Shown here: positions 9,859-20,113 of the stretch, piece after piece
Layout: the number at the start of each line of letters is the position of its first letter
Position numbering within the stretch: the stretch's first letter is position 1
Virus record (IMG/VR): IMGVR_UViG_2671181191_000004
DNA: 64,000 bases
Source: an uncultured virus (IMG/VR IMGVR_UViG_2671181191_000004)
Lineage: Duplodnaviria > Heunggongvirae > Uroviricota > Caudoviricetes
Reading direction: 5' to 3' (one strand)
The notes under the pieces: model-generated
Seen by the model: the letters and a program-made list of their open reading frames with translations, nothing else
What the model was told of the DNA's origin: nothing
Database searches by the model: none
Position numbers and translations under genes: made by a program

Positions 9859-10348
9859 AAAGAGAACGAGATAGCCAGCGGTGTTGCAATAAAGGTGCGA
9901 GGCTTAGATGCAAACGGCAATAGTATTGTGACAAGTCCTCAGCAAATTGTAGACAATACCAGTTGTCTGCAACTGAAGCAGCTATATGGTACTTATGCTG
10001 AGTCATATTACTGCAAGATCGTAACAATGACCCTATCTGGCAGTACAGAAGGCAACCTTGATAATATTGTTTTGGAAATAATCGGAGGTAACGCATACAC
10101 TGTGCCTAATAGTTTATTATACTTATCGCTGGTATGCCATAGAGAGACGGTAAAGGCCAGCAAGAATAGCATAATAGGTACTTTGAGTATTGGTTATGTC
10201 AAAAACGATACTTCGATAGATATATGGGTAAAAACAGCTTCATATTAATTCAATTTATGTCTCTATTCTTGGCAGACAAGATCGAAATGCCCTTATAAAA
10301 AACGTATATCAAAAGGATGTGCCAGAAGGATATATAGAGATTAATTAA
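9856..10348 (+). CDS. Shufflon cassette 1 (MKENE type), putative tail adhesin subunit; one extra base near 10245
   Basis: ORF 9856-10248 continues in another frame to ...VPEGYIEIN*, resembling the cassette 2 end VPEGLIKV. Confidence 0.7.
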
Positions 10349-10368
10349 TAGGGGCATAATGCCCCTAT
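10348..10368. repeat. Palindrome between convergent cassettes 1 and 2
   Basis: ATAGGGGCAT-A-ATGCCCCTAT; identical copy at 12108-12128. Confidence 0.85.
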
Positions 10369-10882
10369 ACTTTAATCAATCCCTCAGGGACTTCATTATT
10401 CGTTTCCAACTTAATTATTCCCCCATGATTAGCTATAACAGATAAATTGAGCGACCCACCGGAACTCGATTCATATCCCCATACTTCCCGTGTCTCATTT
10501 ACGTCTCTGTAATACAACCTAAAAGTTGTATTAGCCCTTGTACATTGATTAATTCCGGTAAGTAACCCTTTCGACAAGATATCATTCCAAGAGGTAACTT
10601 TCCCAGAGGACTACCGCTCGCTATAAGAAACTGGCAATTAGCATAATAAATAGTTAAGTTACATAAGTGAACATATTTTTCTGCTGAATAATGTTGCATA
10701 CTTCGTTTAAACAGGTCAACGGATGCCAATCCCTTTTGTTCCTTTGTAGCTTCAGACATTACCAACCTAATTACTTCAGCAAGGTCAGCTCTATTTATAC
10801 GTACTGGATTACCATTAGGATCTATTAAGGCGATATATTCACTATTGATACTATTTACCTGTGTACTTTCATTTAATTTCAT
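10365..10882 (-). CDS. Shufflon cassette 2 (KLNE type); frameshift near 10535
   Basis: ORFs 10499-10882 and 10365-10577 join by adding one G to a G run; N-terminus homologous to cassettes 4 and 5. Confidence 0.7.
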
Positions 10883-10902
10883 ACCATTCAGTTTTAACGG
10901 AC
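10880..10902 (-). repeat. Shufflon recombination site 2
   Basis: Reverse complement GTCCGTTAAAACTGAATGGTATG. Confidence 0.9.
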
Positions 10903-10944
10903 AAAAGATATGAAGTAGTCAAAGGCAAGCGTGAATCTCTCTCT

Positions 10945-11448
10945 TTAGAATGTAAATTCTTTGACAATATATCCAGCGTCCGGTTCTTCTGAAACTTCTA
11001 CCGGTGTCTGAAAAGTAAATCCAATGTTATTGCTGTAAGCAAAATTTATATCATTCCTTCCATTGGCACTGATATAAATATCAACCATTCCAGTTTCTGT
11101 AGTCGAGCCTATATATAATAATCGTACTTTACTAATACATTTACCGGACACTCCTAATTGAATAACGTTCTGTAGATTACTGTAGCCATCAAAAGCAATG
11201 TAGAATAATTGGGAACAAGGAGCATTATTCACATATAGACTCCCAGCATTAAGCAATACCGAACTTGCCATATGACATCTACGACTTATAGCTACTCTAT
11301 ACCATTTACCATTAAGAGCATCTACTATAGAGAATGTACCGCATCCTGACTTTGCAATTTCTTTAGGGGTGGTCACTATACTGTTGCCATTAGCGTCTAT
11401 CCCTCGCACCTTGGTAACTGTACCATTGTTCAATTCATTCTCTTTCAT
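10945..11448 (-). CDS. Shufflon cassette 3 (MKENE type)
   Basis: MKENEL...KVRGIDANGNSIVTTP, homologous to the cassette 1 N-terminus; ATG lies in site 3. Confidence 0.8.
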   Translation of the reverse strand: MKENELNNGTVTKVRGIDANGNSIVTTPKEIAKSGCGTFSIVDALNGKWYRVAISRRCHMASSVLLNAGSLYVNNAPCSQLFYIAFDGYSNLQNVIQLGVSGKCISKVRLLYIGSTTETGMVDIYISANGRNDINFAYSNNIGFTFQTPVEVSEEPDAGYIVKEFTF

Positions 11449-11468
11449 ACCATTCAGTTTTAACGGAC
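11446..11468 (-). repeat. Shufflon recombination site 3
   Basis: Reverse complement GTCCGTTAAAACTGAATGGTATG. Confidence 0.9.
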
Positions 11469-11539
11469 GTATTTTTATCACTGAATTTTACCCTCAAAAC
11501 TGTCGGCATAATTCTGAGTAAAAATACATGAGTTTGTAT

Positions 11540-11563
11540 GTCCGTTAAAAGTGAATAGGTATG
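11540..11563 (+). repeat. Shufflon recombination site 4
   Basis: GTCCGTTAAAAGTGAATAGGTATG. Confidence 0.9.
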
Positions 11564-12103
11564 GGAAAATTAAACGAAACCACCCAAGTGAACACTATAG
11601 GCAGCGAGTTTGTGCTACTTACAGATAGTAATGGCCTGCCAGTACGGATTAGCAAGAATAATCTTGCAGAAGTCATCCGCAGCGTGATGAACGAGGCCAA
11701 CATCGTAGATAAAGGATTGATGCCTGCCGGAATAGTTGGCAGCATTAATAAAGGAGCAAGTACACTATTATGTGAAACTCAAAGTATAACCGTTACTGCA
11801 TCAATGCTTTTATCTATATCCGCTACTACAACAGGGATACCTAATCTCTATTTTATATCAATGGCACGTGCGGCAAGTAATACAGGTAATCCAATCATAA
11901 AAGTAAAAGTGTTAGCCGGTACCTATAATATGAAAATTATAGGAAAAACAGATGCAGATGGTAAGTGTAAAGTATATGCTGAACGAACACAATATACCCC
12001 TGTCATTGATGTGATTGCAATGAGCACATTTGGTATCACCATGAAAATGGAATCTGCCGATAATTCAGAATTTGAGGGTGGTTTTGAAGCTACGTTAGAG
12101 TAA
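11561..12103 (+). CDS. Shufflon cassette 4 (KLNE type)
   Basis: MGKLNE...LLTDSNGLPVRISKNNLAE shared with cassette 5; intact 180 aa. Confidence 0.85.
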   Translation: MGKLNETTQVNTIGSEFVLLTDSNGLPVRISKNNLAEVIRSVMNEANIVDKGLMPAGIVGSINKGASTLLCETQSITVTASMLLSISATTTGIPNLYFISMARAASNTGNPIIKVKVLAGTYNMKIIGKTDADGKCKVYAERTQYTPVIDVIAMSTFGITMKMESADNSEFEGGFEATLE

Positions 12104-12106
12104 TAG

Positions 12107-12129
12107 TATAGGGGCATAATGCCCCTATA
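12107..12129. repeat. Palindrome between convergent cassettes 4 and 5
   Basis: TATAGGGGCAT-A-ATGCCCCTATA. Confidence 0.85.
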
Positions 12130-12130
12130 A

Positions 12131-12708
12131 TTATGTAACGTCAATATACGTTGCAGCATCAACTTCATCCTGATTGGCAGCAGTAAAAGAAATACCATCC
12201 GAGGAAGATTGGAAAGTATTTAGAATTTTAGCATACACGCCAACGGTATACTGTATTCGTTCCAATATAACTTTAAAAGCTCCAGTATTTTCGTCAGCCC
12301 ATAACTTAAATTTGGGGACATTAGAGGAAGAAGACCGCCTATACGGTTTAAAATTATTGTAGGTTTTTTCATACTCTCAGAGGCCCTATTAATGGACATT
12401 AGATAATGACTCATAACACCTCCACCAGATGCCGCTACGGATATTAAGAGGCTTGTGGATTTTGGATTTGTAGAAATCTCAGGTTCGAATATTATCAATG
12501 AATTGGAAGCACTCAATCTCTTTTCCATTCTCACTTCATTGGCGGGCTTTAGTCCGTTTTTCTCTGTTGTTGCTTCACTCATTACATTACGAACGGCTTC
12601 GGCAAGATTATTCTTGCTGATCCGTACTGGTAGCCCATTACTATCTGTAAGTAGCACATATTCACTATTAATGCTATTCACGATAGCGGCTTCGCTTAAT
12701 TTTCCCAT
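12131..12708 (-). CDS. Shufflon cassette 5 (KLNE type), next to the tail operon; frameshift near 12335
   Basis: Adding one base gives ...FKVILERIQYT...YIDVT*, homologous to cassette 4 CKVYAERTQYT. Confidence 0.75.
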
Positions 12709-12729
12709 ACCTATTCAGTTTTAACGGAC
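12706..12729 (-). repeat. Shufflon recombination site 5 (tail-operon-proximal)
   Basis: Reverse complement GTCCGTTAAAACTGAATAGGTATG. Confidence 0.9.
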
Positions 12730-12843
12730 GTCTAAATTATATCAAAAAACGCCCAAATTCAACATTTAATTTTTAGTCTCGTTTTGTTTAATTTATTTCC
12801 CCGCAAATTCACTCCCTTGTGGGCAAGGATAACTGAGGACTCC

Positions 12844-14163
12844 CTAAAGGTTCCCAAGTTTAGTATATAGCAATATCATTCCATTAAATGTAGGGTTGGC
12901 ATTTGAACTTGTGATCGTCAAATAGGTTTTTCCTGACTCAAAGCTGAAACTACCTATACTTATCGGGTTACCACTCGTCCGGCCATCCAAATGTACACTG
13001 GAATGAGTTATCAAACAATCCGTTTCATTGCTACCAATGATACCGGTCATGTCTATTTTGTAAGTAGTAACACTACCACTTACAGATGACGTGAAAGTGA
13101 GTTCATCCTGGTAATATTTACTTCGGAACATAAAAGCTCCTATGCCACTATAAAATTGGCAAAAGATAAATCCAAATACCGGATCATAAGGTGTCATATC
13201 GACCAGTAGCCAACGATAGTTGATGACAGTACCACTATCGCTATCATAGAGTGGCACGAGGCGGAATTTGGCAGAAGTCTTAGTGGCAAGAGAAATGTAA
13301 TTATTGAAACTCACGCCATTATATATAGGAGAAGATACGAAGTTATCAACTCCAGCAAGTGCCGATGTCCGCCCTTTCACAACGAGCCTATTCTGAGTAC
13401 CATCTTCCAAGGAATCACCTTGATACAATGAATAAGGAAGATAATCGATAGTAACCTCTCGTCCTGATTCATCGCTTGATCCTACCAACTCAACATTACA
13501 TTTATTACCGGTAATAATCAGGCGATTGATATTGTCACCAGGAAGGATACGATAGCTCTGTGAATTACCGGACTTTATTTCTGTTGGATATATGACTGTA
13601 CCTCTAATCTTAATATCACCTTTCGGTTCAAAGATGATACTTCCTCTCTTGCCTAAGAACTGTCTTCCGGTTTTGAGGTTTACACAATAGTTAGGGACGA
13701 AATCAATAGAACCAAATTCACTCAGTGGATCATTAGGGTTAAAGTTTTTATAATCCAATGTCGGATTGCCATTTGCATCTACCCCATGCTGACTAAACAT
13801 AAAATCATCATAGAAAATAGCGCTTGCGAAATTAGCAAATTGAGCCATGAGTATCTCAACATAAAGAGCCTTATAACTTTCAAAAGGTATCCAAGTGGCT
13901 TTGGTGCCATTGACTGCATAATCCTTTTGAGGATTATTAATATTCGACGGAACACCATGACCGATCCAGGTGGTAATCTGATTCATCACATAATAGATAC
14001 CATTATATAGTACATAAGGAGCGACCATATCCGTACATATATAATCCGTATGTAGGTTGTATTCGCCTGCCGGATAAGGAAGCTGGCCACGAGAACCTTT
14101 TGCACCATCCTCAGGAGCCGCCGTAACATTAAAGGTTGATGCTACTATCTGTTTCTTTGCCAT
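12844..14163 (-). CDS. Putative tail fibre / receptor-binding protein
   Basis: 439 aa, Gly/Ser/Thr-rich beta-type composition, distal end of the tail operon. Confidence 0.6.
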   Translation of the reverse strand: MAKKQIVASTFNVTAAPEDGAKGSRGQLPYPAGEYNLHTDYICTDMVAPYVLYNGIYYVMNQITTWIGHGVPSNINNPQKDYAVNGTKATWIPFESYKALYVEILMAQFANFASAIFYDDFMFSQHGVDANGNPTLDYKNFNPNDPLSEFGSIDFVPNYCVNLKTGRQFLGKRGSIIFEPKGDIKIRGTVIYPTEIKSGNSQSYRILPGDNINRLIITGNKCNVELVGSSDESGREVTIDYLPYSLYQGDSLEDGTQNRLVVKGRTSALAGVDNFVSSPIYNGVSFNNYISLATKTSAKFRLVPLYDSDSGTVINYRWLLVDMTPYDPVFGFIFCQFYSGIGAFMFRSKYYQDELTFTSSVSGSVTTYKIDMTGIIGSNETDCLITHSSVHLDGRTSGNPISIGSFSFESGKTYLTITSSNANPTFNGMILLYTKLGNL

Positions 14164-14168
14164 AAGAT

Positions 14169-15202
14169 TTAAGATTTAGTTCCTTGTACATAGCCGGTAA
14201 TATTACCCCTGCACCCTTCACATCGGTATAGGTAAGCTTACATCCGGTTGTGGTAGGCGCATTGGCAGGAGTAAAAGCGGTACCGTCAGCTTTCGTAAAA
14301 GTAGTCTTGAATGTAAAGCCGGTTACTTCTTCGCCTGTACCTGTCTTCTTCACCTTATATGTTGCAGTTACCTCACTGGTAGCACCGCTGCTGGTAAGAA
14401 ACGTAGGCCCACTGAAATTAACAGCCAAGAATAACGGATCAGTTTCATCACTCACTTCACCGATTGCAATAGCAACCACCTCACCACTGATAATAAATTC
14501 AGCTCTTACACTTAGCTTAGAATCAATGTCATCAGCCACTAATGAAACACTGTTAGCTGTTGACCATGCTGTGGTGGAAGGCATCTTGTACCATTTCAGG
14601 GAGTAGTTGCTTTGGGGTACCAGTGAGCCACCTTTGTAGAGTTCCTGAGTCACTTTAACGGTAGCTGTATCGCTGTCGATAATACCACCATCGGAAGGAT
14701 AAAGGAAACCGTAATAGGCAGAATTACTAAATTCTGAGATGGCAAGAGGTATCTCAGAAGTGTAGCCAAGATTATGCCCGGAAGCCTCAATCTCACCATC
14801 CATGCGGATAGTATCTGCATCCATGTTAGAAGCGGAAGCAAGATTTCCTACGATCTTCAGAGCCGGTACATTCACGGAGCCATTATTGTAAGTAGTGGTT
14901 TGCATCTTACCGGCTACGGCAGCCGGAGCGGTAGCTAACCCGGAAGCGTTGAATGTTATAAGTGTATTGTTATAATACCATTTCTCGGAACCAGAAACAA
15001 TCGACTTGATCACATTCTCATTGCCTGAGCGCATGACCGGATAGATGATAGGTTGATTAGCCGCTACACTCCAGTCCGGTACGCACTTACCCGTATCCTT
15101 CTGATACATCTGTACAAGCGGCTTCGTAGATCGAATATTCCCCTGTGCACTATCACCATCAATAATCATACCGATATAAAAAGAACCCGCAACATCACTC
15201 AT
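14169..15202 (-). CDS. Tail-associated structural protein; probable 1-nt frameshift near 14210
   Basis: Start MSDVAGS; one added G restores GAGGNITGYVQGTKS* ending just before the next gene. Confidence 0.65.
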
Positions 15203-15548
15203 CCTGTACCTCCTCTCCGTTAATTGAGTTATCTTCCGCCACAGGTTCTTTATCACTGTCCTGAACCGGCAAAGAATCCTCAGCAGATAATTCACTATTG
15301 TTTTCATTCTGTACCTCCTCTCCAATTTTATTTCCACCGGCTTCGATTAGCTTGGCGGCTTCCTGTTCAGTAAGAACCTGCCCGGCAATGCCTTTCACAT
15401 ATTCTTCCGGCTCGAACCTGACCATGCGCAGATCACTTTCGTTAATGATAAAATCACCGTCAGCAGTCCGATGGCGGACATCAATCACACCGGCACGACG
15501 GGCGATATCGGCGGACACTTTTAAATACTTCATTTCTCTCATACCCAT
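15195..15548 (-). CDS. Hypothetical tail-module protein
   Basis: 117 aa, acidic C-terminus, within the operon. Confidence 0.6.
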   Translation of the reverse strand: MGMREMKYLKVSADIARRAGVIDVRHRTADGDFIINESDLRMVRFEPEEYVKGIAGQVLTEQEAAKLIEAGGNKIGEEVQNENNSELSAEDSLPVQDSDKEPVAEDNSINGEEVQDE

Positions 15549-15561
15549 ATAAATTAAATTG

Positions 15562-16716
15562 TTAGCCTCTGGCTATTATTACTTCATTGGCGCCTGTACG
15601 GATGGGATCACCACTCTTGGTAGTAAGCACCGTATAAGGGCCTATCTCGTAGACTTCAGGATAAACAGACATCTGCAGGCCACCACTCAGGCGTAAGCTG
15701 CCGGCTGTAACCGATATCGAACTACCGTGTCCGATTTCCGTAGCAGTCGCACCCGCAGCAGACGACTTCTTAAACCACTTCACAAAAAAGTATTTATTGA
15801 TCTGGTCCGTTGTCAGCTCCTCTTTATTCGTCAGTATCTTCACATAAAAAGTCATGTTGGCCATTCCCTGACGAATGGTATTGCCATTCGGACTATAGAC
15901 AAATGCCTTAATCGGAGGAATCTTATAAACTATGGCCGTCTCAGCCATCAAAGTATCATCCGTAGGAGCTGACGGCTTGGTTCCGGTATAATAAGCCGCG
16001 CGGCAGCGGATAACGCTCATATATGTATTGTCAGCATCAATACGCAAAGTATTGGTACCCTGACCGGATACATATTCAATATTCAGGTCAGAAGAGTTGA
16101 TAAGGGTTTCCTCTCCGTTCTCGACTTTGTACCACCAATATGCTACATTGGCATCCGCTACCGTCTCGCTGCCCATTTTCAATACAGCAGTGATATCTAT
16201 GTATTGGTTATCCTTCAAAGGATTATAGGTTATCTTGGCAGGTTGGTTAACACTCAATGAAAGCTGGTCATCACTCTTCTGTATAGAGTTCAGAGTGAAT
16301 GTATCGGTATATACCAACGTGTTTTTATTTCTGGAATCCACATAGGTAGCCCGGCAAAGAATCTGCACAGGAGTAGTTGGCGAAACATTCTTCTTCACAA
16401 GCAATGTTCCGTCAGCATTCAGTGTATAATTGCTATTCTCCGAGGTAATCTGAGTGCTCTCACTGTTTTCATACCAGGTGACAGTCAGCTGACTACTTTT
16501 ATCCCCATTACTGATAATCTTATCCGGATCGACAATACTGAGGAATGCCTTTAGCTTCATCGGGGTAATGGTTCGATTCGGGATGAAGGTGTTAGCATTC
16601 GTGTAATAAAACTGTGTCTTACTACCTCCACCATCTATTACAATACCAAAACTCGCCTTCAGAGGCGTATAACTGGTTCTGACCGGCTGCGGTTGAACCG
16701 CGGTTTTAATTTTCAT
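15562..16716 (-). CDS. Tail-associated structural protein (Ig-like)
   Basis: 384 aa, Thr/Ser-rich, YWWYK and VKWFK Ig-like strands. Confidence 0.65.
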   Translation of the reverse strand: MKIKTAVQPQPVRTSYTPLKASFGIVIDGGGSKTQFYYTNANTFIPNRTITPMKLKAFLSIVDPDKIISNGDKSSQLTVTWYENSESTQITSENSNYTLNADGTLLVKKNVSPTTPVQILCRATYVDSRNKNTLVYTDTFTLNSIQKSDDQLSLSVNQPAKITYNPLKDNQYIDITAVLKMGSETVADANVAYWWYKVENGEETLINSSDLNIEYVSGQGTNTLRIDADNTYMSVIRCRAAYYTGTKPSAPTDDTLMAETAIVYKIPPIKAFVYSPNGNTIRQGMANMTFYVKILTNKEELTTDQINKYFFVKWFKKSSAAGATATEIGHGSSISVTAGSLRLSGGLQMSVYPEVYEIGPYTVLTTKSGDPIRTGANEVIIARG

Positions 16717-19600
16717 ACAATTATGCTATTTTCGATATTAATACTCTCAATACCGTCACGGACGTATGCCGTACAGGTGAATTTCACTTTTCTTGTAGCA
16801 CCCCAATTGGAAGGCATGTCCTCGTTTGTCAGGTGCAGTACCCGCCCGTTATTGGCGTGAGCGACCGACCAGGCATTATCTTCCGTCACCTGACCACTAT
16901 CACGAGTCCATGACCAGTCACCGGGCAACACATCCGCAGAGATATCATTATAGCCCCAATAGACAATAGGGGTAAATTCCGCATTGACCTTACCGGCAAA
17001 GAAGTTATAACCGTTACTGGATGAGAATTCAAGGGTTAGTTCTGAGTTACCTTCAATCTGCGCCCAGTCGGTTGCATTCCATTTGGGTTCTTGAAGTGTG
17101 CCGGTAGACAGACACATCCATTTACAGCCGACATGATAGACCGCATCATAAACTGTGTCTGTAGACTGATAGGGATTGTTCACAGCATCCTCAGATGACC
17201 ACGGACCCCGATTATTCTCAGAACGAACTGGTGTACCCTGATAGTCTATACGCAATAAGTCCTGTATAGCGATACCACGACAATAGATATAGCTATGTCG
17301 GTAGTTTATAGGCAGGTTGTCAAATAGTGACAACTGCTTTAACTTGCCTATAATGATGGCATAGTTATTCTCTTCCAGTATAGGTTTCGTTACTCCATCG
17401 AGCATACAGATACACTTCTCACGGGAAGATAGGTACCAATATGCCTGACGATCTTCGTTCACCGGATTACCACGATGAGAAAGTATCATTAGCGGTTCCG
17501 GTGGATAGTTTTTGCCTCCTGGAACTTCATCGTCCGGATACATGACCGCAGTGATGGTATTAGATACTGTATTCACATTCAGCACACGGAGCCATGAAGT
17601 GTAATAATCACCAGTACCTGAAGCAAGATTATTCACCATGCCGTAAACAACATCATTCTCGTCCAAGGCTGTGAAATCATTCTCCCAACGTTTACGAAGC
17701 GGTAAACGATAGGTACCATCTTCTAATAGTTCGACACTCTCAATCGTGCCAGATTCGGAAAATGAATAATCACTTTCCATAGCTGAAAGGCGATTAAAAA
17801 TTATCTCCAAAACGGTCAGCGATGACCGCAACTCCATGCGGTCAGCCTGTATCCTCCCTTTATTATCCGCGATTATGCCCTTGCCCGCAGTTAGTGAGTC
17901 TATGGCTTCGCCAACCTCTAGTCCTCCTAATAACCTCAATAGGTAATTAGTGAAATCTAGTTTATCTTTACGAAGAAACATTGATAACGAACGCAATGCC
18001 GAGAACACATTGCTGTCAGTTGCAGGAGTGGAGTCATTCCTTCTTATCACATATACACCACTACCGCTTCCACCTGTATAAACCTGTCCTTTGAGAGTGA
18101 GATTTTCCACCTTGTCCTCTAGTTCCCCGATGCGGGAATAGGCAGCAGTTTCCCCGACAGTATATACGGGGGAATCATAAGGCTTATCAAGGTTGAATTC
18201 GAACCCGATAACCCTCGACAGCCTTCCGTTTTCGAAATAGGCTTTGTTTATGAGGTTCACCCTTTGACCGATACCGTAGAGATTATGCATTCCATCCTCG
18301 CTGTATGCGTTATCGGACATCATCGTGCAGTTGTAGGTGTTCGGGTCTATCTTAGATTTGGCAATGTACTTTTCAGCCTCTTCCTTCAGTTCCCGTTCGG
18401 CAGCGGATACAAGTCCTAATTCTGTTATTTTGGTTGAATCCCAACCTGACAAAACGTAGGTATCGCCGTCTTCGGGGATGAGCACCTCATCGGGTAACGG
18501 GCGACCGTAATCCTCGTTTCGGACAATTTCCCAAAGCTGTTCATCCTTACCGTCGGGATCAAAGGTTACAGCGAACACCATACCGTTCAATTTACCCGAC
18601 TGGAAGATGATTGTCAATTCCTCACCGGGGAGGATATAATCTTTGGAGAAAGTTATCCCTGTGTCCTTGAAACGGTAAGCATCCCACTTCTTTTCGGTAG
18701 TCGTTCCATCAGCATTCTCAATGGTTTCGGTATATTCCTTGGTAGTGATGTCCGACATAGTTCCAACTCTCCGGGATAGACTTCATCGAAGATAACCACT
18801 TGCTCGATAGCTTCCTCTGTACTCATTTTCGGATAAGCATCTATGTACGGAGTTCCTTCGGGTAGCATCAATCTTTTTTGCACCACACCATTTACCACCA
18901 CCGCTTCGTCAACGGGACGGTAGTTGGCAGGAATGTTCCTTGTCGAGCCGAAAGTATAGATACGGGTGGCATAGGTTGACTGGGATTCGGAGCGTGACAT
19001 TTCCCCCACGTTCTTAGCGATTTCCATATTCACGTAGTCGCCAAACTCGCATTTACCGAAGTGGATAATATTGTCTGTCATCCAGCACTCGCAATCCCAT
19101 TTCTTCGCCATTTCAAAACAGGCATCTAAGATATTGGTGTTATCATAAGTCATTAACAGAGACTTGTTCTCGACCGTACTGTCAATGGAAAAATCAAAAT
19201 CCTGTCCTTTGTAAGTATAACCAAGAGCTTTCAAGTTTCTCAGGACTATACTTGCTTGTACGTTGAGTGGAGCAGTCAGACTCCAGGACGCTTCCTGCCC
19301 AGATGTCTCCGGGGTATATTTGAAGATTTTATTTTTCCATTTCCAGTAGTGAGCATCAAGTCTTAGTTCATAATCATAGCCTGCGTTATCGGTGTTGAAG
19401 GTAGGACTCTGCAAATCGCACACTTCAAATAGTCCAAAGTCGCATTCAACGTAAGTTCCGAGCTTGAAGTATATGGGATTCTCCAAAGAGAATTTCAAAA
19501 GTATGTAATCCTCTTTTTGGAGCGTAAGCTTCCGCTTGCAACCTTCGTTGGGAGGGGTTGAAAGAAGAATGGCACTGGATATGTCTTTGATATCTATCAT
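16713..19600 (-). CDS. Large tail tip / baseplate hub protein, split by a 1-nt frameshift near 18772
   Basis: ORFs 18653-19600 and 16713-18758 fuse (DEVYPRRVGTMSDITT) if CCC is CCCC. Confidence 0.7.
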
Positions 19601-19654
19601 ACCTCAAAGGTCGGAAATAAAAGAAAGAAGCCCTAACTTTTAGGGCTTCCTGTT

Positions 19655-19676
19655 GTGACATTAGAAATAAGGTCAC
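19655..19676 (-). promoter_or_regulatory. 22-bp palindromic site, 42 bp upstream of -7-like box 19605-19612
   Basis: GTGACATT-AGAAAT-AAGGTCAC; one of eight copies. Confidence 0.7.
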
Positions 19677-19679
19677 AAA

Positions 19680-20110
19680 TTAAGTTCTATTTGCCGGATT
19701 CGGCTCCGAAAATTTACTTGAAATCTTACCAAAAGTCCTATCTAAGCTCTGAGCATAAGTGACACTCTTGCCAGTATAAATAAGATGGTAAACCTCGCTA
19801 CTATTGGTTGGGACTTGAATATCAACCGCACCTTTATACAGTTCATCAAAGAAAGCTTTCTTCTTTGCTTGATAATCTGACTGAGAATTACCCTCGATAG
19901 TGAACGAAAGAGTTATTTCCCGCTCATCAACCTTAGGATTATTGATTATTACCCGTTTCCCATGTTCAAGTCGGCTTTTATTCTCAATAAAGTCTTTCAT
20001 GGGACGGCTGCCCCAATTACATCAAGAAACCCCTCTCCCATTCTTACACCCCATGTTGTGTAAGCATCCTTGTTGTTGATTAACAGCTCATTCATTAGTA
20101 AATCTGCCAT
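19680..20110 (-). CDS. Putative distal tail protein; frameshift near 20003
   Basis: Directly after the tape measure; upstream frame MADLLMNELL joins ORF 19680-20000 with one extra C. Confidence 0.65.
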
Positions 20111-20113
20111 AAC

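Noticed and set aside
9835..12729. CRISPR array
   Set aside because: Repeats are in mixed orientation and separated mostly by genes of 0.5-1.1 kb; no cas genes
12706..12844. Classical C-terminal fusion shufflon with 12844-14163 as the constant part
   Set aside because: That gene stops ~115 bp before site 5, and TGA is in frame with the cassette ATG inside site 5. Sites 2 and 3 are open in frame, so a fusion in other arrangements is not fully excluded, but no long upstream ORF reaches the site
9835..14163. Diversity-generating retroelement acting on the tail fibre
   Set aside because: No reverse transcriptase and no TR/VR pair differing at adenines; the invertase sites explain the variation
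16713..20110. Split tail genes as separate genes, pseudogenes or programmed frameshifts
   Set aside because: Each break is a one-base shortfall in a C run, matching the window-wide indel pattern
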